This document shows, piece by piece, positions 1 through 7,451 of a stretch of DNA of 44,163 bases; the first letter of the stretch is position 1, and each line of letters begins with the position of its first letter. The DNA comes from a virus: the IMG/VR virus record IMGVR_UViG_3300045988_126665; one strand, 5' to 3'. Position numbers and translations under genes: made by a program. The notes under the pieces were generated by a model. It was not told where the DNA came from, made no database searches, and worked only from the letters and a program-made list of their open reading frames with translations.

Positions 1-99
1 GATGCGCTTTGAGAAGGAAAAGACTTGGGAGTTGAAACGAAGATTGCAAACTTGGAAGAGGAACGATGACGAAAGAAAGGCACGATACCAAAGGACGGC
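1..99. repeat. Terminal direct repeat copy 1 (identical to 44065-44163); circular-assembly overlap
   Basis: nt 1-99 are identical to nt 44065-44163; an ORF reads through the junction without interruption. Confidence 0.95.
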
Positions 100-163
100 A
101 GCTCCGACAACCCCTGACAACTCACTTGACGCAAAAGAAGTGCTTAAAAATCTTGGAATATGA
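1..163 (+). CDS. 3' end of wrap-around replication initiator / replisome-organizer gene (continues from 43361-44163)
   Basis: Frame leaving 44163 continues at nt 100 and stops at TGA 161-163; ATGA overlap with dnaB start at 160. Confidence 0.7.
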   Translation, partial: MRFEKEKTWELKRRLQTWKRNDDERKARYQRTAAPTTPDNSLDAKEVLKNLGI

Positions 164-1443
164 GAGAGAAAAACCCACTATCAATAACGGAGTTCGCCAT
201 CCCCAACGATTTCAAGCTGGAGGTGACAACCCTGTGCGAAATGATAACAGGCACAAACCTTTTGAGAGAGGTATGGGACTGCACTTGCCTTGATATGTTC
301 TACGACAAGCGATGCAAGGATACATACAGGGCAATAAAGGAGATGTACGAGAATAGGGAAAAAATAGACTTTATGACTATTTCCACACGAATAGACAAAG
401 CCTTTTTCACCCACGAATTGATAACCAATTCCGCCTATGTCATAAACGCATTTGAGTTGCGTGCGCATTGTATGGCATTGGTGGAGATAATGCAGAAGCG
501 CAAATTCTATTTCTTCTGTGCCGAGGGACTACGAATGTCAGTACAGCCAACCACCACGGAGGGAGAATTGTTCGAGCAATCCGAGCAACTGAAAAAGAGC
601 CTACAAGAGGGCACTCTAACGGATAGCACGGAGTTACTTGACGATGTTGTGGAAAAGGTTGTCGACCATATTCAGAATAACGATTTCAAGCGCATCGCCA
701 CGGGCTTTCCATCTTTGGACAGACTGACCTACGGAGGATTGGCAGCAGGCAACCTCGTTATCTTGGCTGCAAGACCATCGGTGGGCAAGACGGCATTTAT
801 GCTCCAAATGGCGAGTACGAGTGCGGAAAGACAAATCCCTACATTGGTGCTTTCGCTGGAGATGACGAATGTGGATTTGGCGAAAAGGCTATTGTGCAGC
901 ACCGAGTATGTCAATTCGTACCAAATGGCGAGCGGAGAGATGGATTGGCAGAGTTTCGAGAGGGCAAAGGCAGTCTTGGCGAAAAAGACCTTGTATATGG
1001 ACGAAAAGCCGAGCACCATAGAGGATGTCTGTGCGCTTATCACGAAGAACCACCACAGAGGGCAGTGCGAAATTGCCTTTGTGGACTACTTGCAGTTGAT
1101 GTCATCCACGGAAAGGGCGGAAAGTCAGAACATACAGGTAGGCGAAATGACAAAGAGGTTGAAGAAATTGGCAAAAGCCTTGAAAATACCTATTGTATTG
1201 CTTTGTCAGTTAAATAGGCGAGTAGCGAGCGAGAACCGAGCACCACAACTCTATGACCTACGAGATAGCGGCTCAATCGAGCAAGATGCGGATATAGTGC
1301 TTATGCTGGAGCGTAAGCAGGATGCAGAGGGCAACAACACGAAAGAAGTAAATATGTATCTTCGCAAGAACAGGGAGGGCATCAAGGATGTCACCATACG
1401 ATGCGAAAGTAATGACAACTACACAAAATTTTATGAAATATGA
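160..1443 (+). CDS. dnaB: Replicative DNA helicase, DnaB family
   Basis: 427 aa; Walker A ARPSVGKTAF; IAFVDYLQLM Walker B region; DnaB signature LRDSGSIEQDADIVLML. Confidence 0.93.
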   Translation: MREKNPLSITEFAIPNDFKLEVTTLCEMITGTNLLREVWDCTCLDMFYDKRCKDTYRAIKEMYENREKIDFMTISTRIDKAFFTHELITNSAYVINAFELRAHCMALVEIMQKRKFYFFCAEGLRMSVQPTTTEGELFEQSEQLKKSLQEGTLTDSTELLDDVVEKVVDHIQNNDFKRIATGFPSLDRLTYGGLAAGNLVILAARPSVGKTAFMLQMASTSAERQIPTLVLSLEMTNVDLAKRLLCSTEYVNSYQMASGEMDWQSFERAKAVLAKKTLYMDEKPSTIEDVCALITKNHHRGQCEIAFVDYLQLMSSTERAESQNIQVGEMTKRLKKLAKALKIPIVLLCQLNRRVASENRAPQLYDLRDSGSIEQDADIVLMLERKQDAEGNNTKEVNMYLRKNREGIKDVTIRCESNDNYTKFYEI

Positions 1444-2072
1444 GACGTTATAAAGAATTAGCCGACAAGTACCTCAAGCAAAGGGGACTGCGAGTGAATG
1501 GGGACGGCACGCAATTATTAGTCCCTTTCTACATTATGGATATTGCCTACCAAATCTATTCAAAGGAGGTACGCAATCAGGAGTTCCGGCACGAAGCGAG
1601 AAAGTACCTCACGGACTTTGCGAATGAATACAAAGCCTTTAATTGGGATTTGTTCCGGTGCTTGGACTTGGAAGAAACGGAGTTCGTTACGGACGAAATG
1701 GACAGGCTTGGAGTGTATCTACACAACTATGTGGAGATGTACCGTATGGAGTTATACACCTCTTTGGATGTCTATGGGGAGAAAGCAAGAAATGTCCTAT
1801 CATCCATATTGCTTTGCGACCTGTTGGTGCAGATTTCGGGGATACTCTGGACTACGGAATACACCACCTTGCCTTTCGGGAAAGGCGAAACGAATATGCA
1901 CCTCAAGCGGATGCGAAAAAGCCTAACGAGGGTAATGAACAGTTACGAGAGGGACTTGAATGTGGATTTCATCTGCAACCTCAATAACGGAGAGAGATTG
2001 AACAAGACTTGCTATGTGCTGGCGAACAAAGCTGTGCTATGGCTTAAAAAGGAGGAAAGCGATGAAGACTGA
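1440..2072 (+). CDS. Hypothetical protein (replication module)
   Basis: 210-aa ORF, ATGA overlap with dnaB stop, same strand operon. Confidence 0.7.
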   Translation: MRRYKELADKYLKQRGLRVNGDGTQLLVPFYIMDIAYQIYSKEVRNQEFRHEARKYLTDFANEYKAFNWDLFRCLDLEETEFVTDEMDRLGVYLHNYVEMYRMELYTSLDVYGEKARNVLSSILLCDLLVQISGILWTTEYTTLPFGKGETNMHLKRMRKSLTRVMNSYERDLNVDFICNLNNGERLNKTCYVLANKAVLWLKKEESDED

Positions 2073-2397
2073 ATTTCAATATAACGAATATGGAGTATGC
2101 ACCAATCCGAAAATTGTATTCACACGCAATCTGGGTGAATGGGAAATACAAGTGGAGATAGCACAAAGTCCAAACGGCAAATGGGATTTTGGGTATATCA
2201 TAAATTACAACACAGGCGGAGGGTGTCGTCCTGTTATGCTCCAAAAGGATGATAGGGGATTTACCGAAGAAGAAGCGAGGGTGCAAGCCTTGAAAGCGGT
2301 TGAAAGTTTCGTACGGAAAACGCGGGAGACGAACAAAGAAGACCAGAGCCGTTTATTGGATATTATCTGGGAAGAAATGCAACCAAAATTATTTTAG
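2062..2397 (+). CDS. Hypothetical protein
   Basis: ORF open from 2014; first ATG at 2062 is preceded by GGAGG. Confidence 0.6.
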   Translation: MKTEFQYNEYGVCTNPKIVFTRNLGEWEIQVEIAQSPNGKWDFGYIINYNTGGGCRPVMLQKDDRGFTEEEARVQALKAVESFVRKTRETNKEDQSRLLDIIWEEMQPKLF

Positions 2398-2399
2398 TT

Positions 2400-2885
2400 A
2401 TGAAGACATACATCGGAATAGACAACGGAGTATCGGGGACTATTGCAGTCCTCTCTCCGTCAGGCAACCACTTCGGCAAAATACCGACCAAAAAGGAGCA
2501 AGACTACACCAAGGCGAAGAAGAACATTACACGGCTTGACTACGGCCAATTTAAGGCTATTTTAGAGCCTTATAGGGGCGAAGAAACAATAGTGGTTATG
2601 GAACGCCCAATGGTCAATCCCACGAGGTTTTTAGCTACTGCATCGGCCTTGCGTTGTCACGAGGCGGAATTGATATGCATCGAGGAATTGTGCTTGCCTT
2701 TGCGGTACATAGATAGCAAGGAATGGCAAAGAAATATGCTACCAAAGGGCGCAACCGACCTAAAAAAGGCAAGTTTGGATATTGGCAACAGATTGTTCCC
2801 TAACTTCAAGGACTACAAGCATTTAGATAGGGATAGTCTATTGATAGCGGAGTATGCAAGACAAAAAATCTATAATTTTTTGTAG
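2400..2885 (+). CDS. RuvC-like Holliday junction resolvase (RNase H fold), putative
   Basis: 161 aa; N-terminal YIGIDNGVSG, VVMERP and C-terminal DRDSLLIAEYA match the D-E-D acidic pattern of RuvC-type resolvases. Confidence 0.5.
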   Translation: MKTYIGIDNGVSGTIAVLSPSGNHFGKIPTKKEQDYTKAKKNITRLDYGQFKAILEPYRGEETIVVMERPMVNPTRFLATASALRCHEAELICIEELCLPLRYIDSKEWQRNMLPKGATDLKKASLDIGNRLFPNFKDYKHLDRDSLLIAEYARQKIYNFL

Positions 2886-2914
2886 AATTATTTGGAAATG
2901 TAAAATAATCGTTA

Positions 2915-2922
2915 TACCTTTG
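2915..2922 (+). promoter_or_regulatory. Bacteroidota-type -7 promoter box TACCTTTG
   Basis: TAnnTTTG match in intergenic DNA, TTTG at 2891-2894 about 20 nt upstream. Confidence 0.55.
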
Positions 2923-2927
2923 CAAAT

Positions 2928-3043
2928 GAAAGGAGAGGCGTAGTGAGTACGCAGAGAGAATTGAAAATAGTGTTTAAGTTTAATAAGTGTGAATAAATCG
3001 GTATTAGTTACAGTTTCGCATAATTCTTCCCTCCTTTCTTTTT
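2928..3043 (+). promoter_or_regulatory. Structured leader / attenuator candidate upstream of 3070 gene
   Basis: GAAAGGAG (2928-2935) pairs with CTCCTTTC (3031-3038) followed by T5; internal hairpin GCGTA-gtgag-TACGC 2938-2952; no ORF. Confidence 0.25.
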
Positions 3044-3069
3044 AGTTTGACAATATTAAAAGAAAAAAT

Positions 3070-3288
3070 ATGAAAAAGGTATTAGTAATTGTAGAAATGG
3101 CTTGCGTGTATGCGCTTATATTAGCCGCTATTATCGGAGTGCTGGGTATGCTTGGATGCGGAATAACCGACCTCTTTATTGAGGTGCCGAGAGAATACTA
3201 TGCGTTCTTCGGATTGCTTGTTTTAATCCCTTTGCTTTTGGGATATGCGTACGAGGGTATTAGTCACTTAATTCAGCGAAGAAAATGA
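3070..3288 (+). CDS. Small membrane protein (two hydrophobic helices)
   Basis: 72-aa ORF with two long hydrophobic stretches. Confidence 0.6.
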   Translation: MKKVLVIVEMACVYALILAAIIGVLGMLGCGITDLFIEVPREYYAFFGLLVLIPLLLGYAYEGISHLIQRRK

Positions 3289-3488
3289 AAGCAGGTGACA
3301 TTGTTGTAAGCCGTATGACGGAACACCAAAGGTGGGGTACGGCAATCTTCATAGGTACTTGGCGATGCGGAGGGTTTGACTGGAACGAGGTGTAGATTAT
3401 CGGGAGATGCGGAACGGAGATGCACGAATATTGCCTACCTTTGAACGAAGAAACTTGGAAATTGATAGGAACAACCAATAATTATTAG
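3285..3488 (+). CDS. Small protein interrupted by in-frame TAG at 3393-3395 (36-aa product in standard code, 67 codons if read through)
   Basis: ATGA-coupled start at 3285; same frame stays open after TAG until TAG 3486-3488, ending 4 nt before next gene. Confidence 0.3.
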
Positions 3489-3492
3489 CATT

Positions 3493-3771
3493 ATGAAATC
3501 ACAGAAAGACATTATCAAGGACGCATTGTTTCGTGGAGAAACATTAGACCAGTTGTCTATGTTGTTCGACTATGGGGTCAGCAATCATACGGCAATAATG
3601 ACATTAGTCCGCAGGGACTTGCAGGGGACTAAATTTTATGTAGTCACGGAGTGGAGAAAGGCGAGGTCAAGAAAGACAGGTAGGGAGGTGCGCTATGCCG
3701 TTTATTACATCCCGCACAGGGTGCGCAAGCCGTCCCTTTGGGAGCGAATAAAGCAAGCAAGGAGGAGGTAG
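3493..3771 (+). CDS. Hypothetical protein
   Basis: 92-aa ORF, basic C-terminus, operon context. Confidence 0.65.
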   Translation: MKSQKDIIKDALFRGETLDQLSMLFDYGVSNHTAIMTLVRRDLQGTKFYVVTEWRKARSRKTGREVRYAVYYIPHRVRKPSLWERIKQARRR

Positions 3772-3772
3772 T

Positions 3773-3958
3773 ATGTACTATTGGCTGAATGTGTTCGGAG
3801 AGGTGGAGCATAGTGACATAGAACTCTCGTGGGCGAAAGAATTAAAGCAGAGTGGCAACTACTTCCAGAGCGAGGCGGAAGCCGTATTGATGAGGATGCG
3901 AATAAGGAGGATATTGAATGCGGGTAAGGAGAAAGACAATCTGGGGGAAGATAAATAG
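3773..3958 (+). CDS. Hypothetical protein
   Basis: 61-aa ORF, GGAGG upstream, starts 2 nt after previous stop. Confidence 0.55.
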   Translation: MYYWLNVFGEVEHSDIELSWAKELKQSGNYFQSEAEAVLMRMRIRRILNAGKEKDNLGEDK

Positions 3959-4337
3959 TAATGGCGAGCTGGTGGTGCGTCTTGCGGACTTGGATGAGTT
4001 TTGCAAGATGCACCCCAATCGTTCTATCATCCTCAGAGCGGAAATACAAAGCAAAGAGCCGTCTTGCAAGTTGAAGGCATATTTCTTCGGCTATGTGATA
4101 AAGGAGGTGCAGAGGGCTTTCTACGATGCTGGGGAGGATTGCACGGAAGAACAGACCTACAACCGAATTAGGGCGGTATGCCCTTTGTTCCTTTCGGAGG
4201 AAAGGGTAGAGGGCAAGTGGAAGGTACGGATGAGGGAGTGGGAGGAATTGGACAGTGCGGAGGCGGTGGAGGTAGTCGCTTGGATACAGAGGTATATGGC
4301 GGAGAATTATTATACAATCTTGAATGACCCGATATGA
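3918..4337 (+). CDS. Hypothetical protein
   Basis: 139-aa ORF; ATG 3918 preceded by AAGGAGG (3904-3910); overlaps previous ORF by 41 nt. Confidence 0.65.
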   Translation: MRVRRKTIWGKINSNGELVVRLADLDEFCKMHPNRSIILRAEIQSKEPSCKLKAYFFGYVIKEVQRAFYDAGEDCTEEQTYNRIRAVCPLFLSEERVEGKWKVRMREWEELDSAEAVEVVAWIQRYMAENYYTILNDPI

Positions 4338-4765
4338 TAACTACAAGGGAAGAATACGAGTATGCAGTATCAAGGGGCTATGAGCCTTTGACGGATGCAA
4401 GGTTGCCAATGGACATACATCTGAGGGAAGAAATCCAAAGGGAGTTGTTCGGCAAGAACACTATGGAGGATAACGCAAAGTTCTACAAGTGGTGCATCGA
4501 GCACAAGCCGAATATCTGTGAGGAATGTGGCAAGCCCATACGATACGCAAGCGCAACGAATGTGAGCCACATACTTACTCGGGGGTCGCACCCCGAGTGC
4601 GCTCACGACCCGAGGAATGTGAATATCTTGTGTGCGGAACACCATAATCAGTGGGAGCATAGCACTACTCGTAAAGCTATGATAATCAATGCGAAGAACG
4701 AGCGGACGATAGAATTATTGAAGAAAGAATACAATTTATTGCGGAAAAATTTTGTACTTTATTGA
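4334..4765 (+). CDS. HNH-like endonuclease, putative
   Basis: 143 aa; CEECGKP...SHILTRGSHPECAHDPRNVNILCAEHHNQWEH resembles the Cys/His-Asn-His HNH core. Confidence 0.5.
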   Translation: MITTREEYEYAVSRGYEPLTDARLPMDIHLREEIQRELFGKNTMEDNAKFYKWCIEHKPNICEECGKPIRYASATNVSHILTRGSHPECAHDPRNVNILCAEHHNQWEHSTTRKAMIINAKNERTIELLKKEYNLLRKNFVLY

Positions 4766-4773
4766 AGAATTAC

Positions 4774-4781
4774 TATATTTG
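4774..4781 (+). promoter_or_regulatory. Bacteroidota-type -7 promoter box TATATTTG
   Basis: TAnnTTTG in the 4766-4804 gap, TTTG at 4751-4754. Confidence 0.55.
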
Positions 4782-4804
4782 CATATAATTTAATACACAA
4801 CATT

Positions 4805-5215
4805 ATGGAAAAGAAATTAACAAGATTTAGTTTAGAGGAATTGCAAGCCAATCCGAAACGGAAAGTAGTCACAGATGACGGCAGAGATGTGCGTATTGTC
4901 TGTGTTGACAGAATGGACGGAAAAAATAGATGCGACAAGGCTATGACATACAGGGATAAATTGACAGAGAGCCTCGAAAAGGCAGGTTTCCACAAGGGAA
5001 ACTACGGGGGATTGTATTTCAAGAAACTCGTTGAAGAACAAGTGTTAATCCGAGTCATCTCTGAAGATTATGTAACTAACAATGCGGAGGTCTATAACTC
5101 TTATAGTGGCAAGAGTTATGGGGATATGAGTTACGAGACGAATTGCCTATATGCGTTAGGGATTGAAGAAAAAGCAAGAAACTTTGGAGAAGTATGCAGG
5201 AAAGCAATGTTATAA
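4805..5215 (+). CDS. Hypothetical protein
   Basis: 136-aa ORF following a promoter box. Confidence 0.7.
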   Translation: MEKKLTRFSLEELQANPKRKVVTDDGRDVRIVCVDRMDGKNRCDKAMTYRDKLTESLEKAGFHKGNYGGLYFKKLVEEQVLIRVISEDYVTNNAEVYNSYSGKSYGDMSYETNCLYALGIEEKARNFGEVCRKAML

Positions 5216-5505
5216 AGTGCCGTGACCTTATGATAGGTGACTGGATACAGGATGACCACGGATTTAGGTTCTATATAGTCGGACTTGGCGAAGACTATGC
5301 CTATGGCACTTTTGAGGGAAACGAAGCCGACCCGTGGGAGTTCGATAATAAGATAGAGCCTTGTTATGGCATCCCAATGGATGAGGTGAGAGAGCAGGTG
5401 GAGGCAGTGACGGAGATAACAATGGATTTCGATTACCTACACGAGTTTCAGCAGTATTTGCGAGTTACAGGAATGAGGGAAGAAGCAAACAAAATCAAAT
5501 TATAA
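5194..5505 (+). CDS. Hypothetical protein (alternative start 5230)
   Basis: 103-aa ORF; 22-nt overlap with upstream gene if 5194 is used. Confidence 0.6.
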   Translation: MQESNVIKCRDLMIGDWIQDDHGFRFYIVGLGEDYAYGTFEGNEADPWEFDNKIEPCYGIPMDEVREQVEAVTEITMDFDYLHEFQQYLRVTGMREEANKIKL

Positions 5506-5511
5506 ATAAAT

Positions 5512-5625
5512 GGCATTGTGTGGTATAATGGTATAATCGCTTGGGTATCCAGTGCAAGTAGGTGGAGTTAAATTTTAATTCGGTGGTACTGCGAGAGATG
5601 CGGGTTCAAGTCCCGCCACAATGCC
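5512..5625 (+). tRNA. Atypical tRNA-like gene (114 nt; canonical T arm and acceptor-type helix, no clear anticodon loop)
   Basis: GGCATTGTG/CACAATGCC closing helix, GG-containing D-like region, T arm GCGGG-TTCAAGT-CCCGC at 5600-5616; central arm replaced by a long irregular helix. Confidence 0.45.
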
Positions 5626-5803
5626 TTTAATTCGGAGCAAAAGAATGATAAACCCAAATAGCATTTGCGCTGCGGAAAACGAGAAAGGGATGTACGAGGA
5701 AAGTGCATATATGTACGAAGTTTCCGCAATGGAACGGAATGGACATAAACGCAAAGGGTGCTTGGGACATCTTCTGCGAGGGAAAATTCAAAAAGGAAAA
5801 GAA

Positions 5804-6235
5804 ATGAAAAGATTAGTAAAATTTTTGTGGCAGTTGCCACAAAACATAATAGGCTTGTTGCTTGTTATGGTAGTTAGAGCTGACACTATCAAGAGGGTAG
5901 ACGGCAAGCGGATATGGTACTCCGAGAAGATGAGAGGGGCGGTAACTCTGGGCGAGTTCATCGTTATCAATATGGATAAGTATTATTCCGCTCCTACGAG
6001 CACGGAAAGGCACGAAATAGGGCATTATAAGCAGAGCCTTATATTTGGGTGGCTTTATTTGTTTATCATCGGTATTCCGAGCATTATTCACTGCAAGTTG
6101 CATAAGGGAGGAAACTATGGGCATTTCTACACGGAGATGTGGGCGGATGAGGTCGAAGAATTGAAAATCCCTATGGTATGGCTGTCCGTTGTATTGCATT
6201 TGGTGGTGTTGTTTACAATATTGTTGTTGGTATGA
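5804..6235 (+). CDS. Membrane protein with HExxH zinc-metalloprotease-like motif (alternative start 5693)
   Basis: 143 aa from ATG 5804; several hydrophobic helices; TERHEIGHYKQS contains HEIGH. Confidence 0.55.
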   Translation: MKRLVKFLWQLPQNIIGLLLVMVVRADTIKRVDGKRIWYSEKMRGAVTLGEFIVINMDKYYSAPTSTERHEIGHYKQSLIFGWLYLFIIGIPSIIHCKLHKGGNYGHFYTEMWADEVEELKIPMVWLSVVLHLVVLFTILLLV

Positions 6236-6561
6236 CAAGGCAGGAATACAATAAGCATTACTACCAGTTGCATCGCAAGCGGATATTGGAGCGGAGCAGA
6301 AATCGGTATTGGGAGAAGAAAGGGGATATAAGCAAGCAGGCCGAGTGCAAGGCAAGGCGCAAGAGCCGTTACGATAAGCGATACAGGGAGGAAAACCGAG
6401 CCTATTGGCGGTGGTACTACCGAGAGAATAAAGAGCGATTGAGTGAATATAGCAAAGAATACTACAAGAAGAATGCAGACAGACTTAAAGAGCAAGCCCG
6501 AGCCAACTACCAAAAGGCAAAGAACGGAGGAAGAAAAGGAAAAGCGCAGGGAGTACGATAG
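6232..6561 (+). CDS. Basic Tyr/Arg/Lys-rich repeat protein, N-terminal part (probably continuous with 6443-7159 via a +1 frame change)
   Basis: ATGA-coupled start; repeated Y-x-x-x-N/R-x-E...YY units; ends at TAG 6559-6561. Confidence 0.55.
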   Translation: MTRQEYNKHYYQLHRKRILERSRNRYWEKKGDISKQAECKARRKSRYDKRYREENRAYWRWYYRENKERLSEYSKEYYKKNADRLKEQARANYQKAKNGGRKGKAQGVR

Positions 6562-7159
6562 GGTATACCAAAAGAAGAACCGAGAGAGGTTGTCGCAAAG
6601 GCAGAGGGAGCGCAGGGCGGAGAAAAGGGCGGAGAGAGCCAAAAACAAGCCCGTAGAAGAGCCGAAAGAGCCAAAGCCGATAAAGAGTACCCCAAAGCCT
6701 TTAATGCCGCCTAAAACGGCCGAAAATAAGGTCGGAATAAAAGGGGAGGCAGTAAGGCGGAGTAGGGTCAAGGAGAAAAGGGTATTGGCGGTGGATGTTC
6801 CCAAGCCAATAAACGAAACTTTAATTAAAAAATTGGGTTGGATAATGAGCGAAGAAAGGAAATATATTTTATCCGAAGTGTTGTACGGAATAACTCCAAG
6901 CAAGAAGGGAACGGAATTGCGAGATGCGCTGGAATACTTTGAGAGGGTACTATTTACGGCAGAGCAGTTGGAGGTGTTTGGAACGAGGTTGAGGAAGATG
7001 GTGGTAGCGATGAACCTGAACGAGCCGAGAAATCAAATCAAGGTCATCACGGAAAGGCAGAATGAAACAATCATCGGATTTAAGTTTGAGGATGAATGGG
7101 GCAAAATAATGTTCGTAAGGTTCAAAGAAATTAAGGGAAACTATTGCGAAAGTGACTAA
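6443..7159 (+). CDS. Basic repeat protein, C-terminal part (frame +1 relative to 6232-6561)
   Basis: Frame opens at GTG 6443 right after a TGA; the same repeat motif (EKRREYDRVYQKKNRERL) continues here; 119-nt overlap with upstream ORF. Confidence 0.6.
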   Translation: MNIAKNTTRRMQTDLKSKPEPTTKRQRTEEEKEKRREYDRVYQKKNRERLSQRQRERRAEKRAERAKNKPVEEPKEPKPIKSTPKPLMPPKTAENKVGIKGEAVRRSRVKEKRVLAVDVPKPINETLIKKLGWIMSEERKYILSEVLYGITPSKKGTELRDALEYFERVLFTAEQLEVFGTRLRKMVVAMNLNEPRNQIKVITERQNETIIGFKFEDEWGKIMFVRFKEIKGNYCESD

Positions 7160-7178
7160 AGATTAGTATATTAGAGAT

Positions 7179-7451
7179 ATGAAAAATCTTATTATTATTA
7201 AGTGGTGCTTGAAGTTTTTACAAAAAAGGTGTAACATCTTTTTTATGTGCGCGTGCAACAATGGCGAGGCGTTTATCGGATTGCAAGGGAAAAAGGAAAT
7301 TTTGGATACTTGCTTGCAGGAGCTGATGAAGAACGGAAAGGATGTGAAAGAGTGGTTTATCGACGGAATGGTTAAGTATCTGGACAAGTATCAAAGCGAA
7401 AAGAAAATCTTTTTGGAAAGGTTGGAAAATGCTGAACGAGATACACAATGA
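7179..7451 (+). CDS. Hypothetical small protein
   Basis: 90-aa ORF overlapping methyltransferase start by 23 nt; no motif recognised. Confidence 0.35.
   Translation: MKNLIIIKWCLKFLQKRCNIFFMCACNNGEAFIGLQGKKEILDTCLQELMKNGKDVKEWFIDGMVKYLDKYQSEKKIFLERLENAERDTQ

Noticed and set aside
1-99. The 99-bp identical ends could be physical direct terminal repeats or LTR-like ends.
   Set aside because: A replication gene reads continuously across the junction and is coupled to dnaB, so the duplication is best explained as a circular-assembly overlap.
66-293. 75-aa ORF at the window start.
   Set aside because: It is out of frame with, and fully overlapped by, the wrap-around initiator gene end and the dnaB start.
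3393-3395. Genome-wide TAG stop-codon reassignment with a suppressor tRNA.
   Set aside because: Large genes (TerL, portal, tape measure, fibres) are uninterrupted in the standard code. Many genes end in TAG with tight coupling to the next gene. The tRNA-like element contains no CTA anticodon candidate.
5512-5625. The tRNA-like element as an attP site of a temperate phage.
   Set aside because: No integrase, excisionase or CI-type repressor gene is recognisable anywhere in the genome. Both acceptor strands are present, rather than only a 3' tRNA fragment.
6127-6903. Long antisense ORFs: 6127-6903, 14848-15558, 19075-19716, 22308-23069 and 27969-28550, all on the minus strand.
   Set aside because: Each lies entirely opposite a well-supported plus-strand gene rich in GAG/AAG/GAA codons, whose complements lack stop codons. 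They are shadow ORFs with low-complexity translations.
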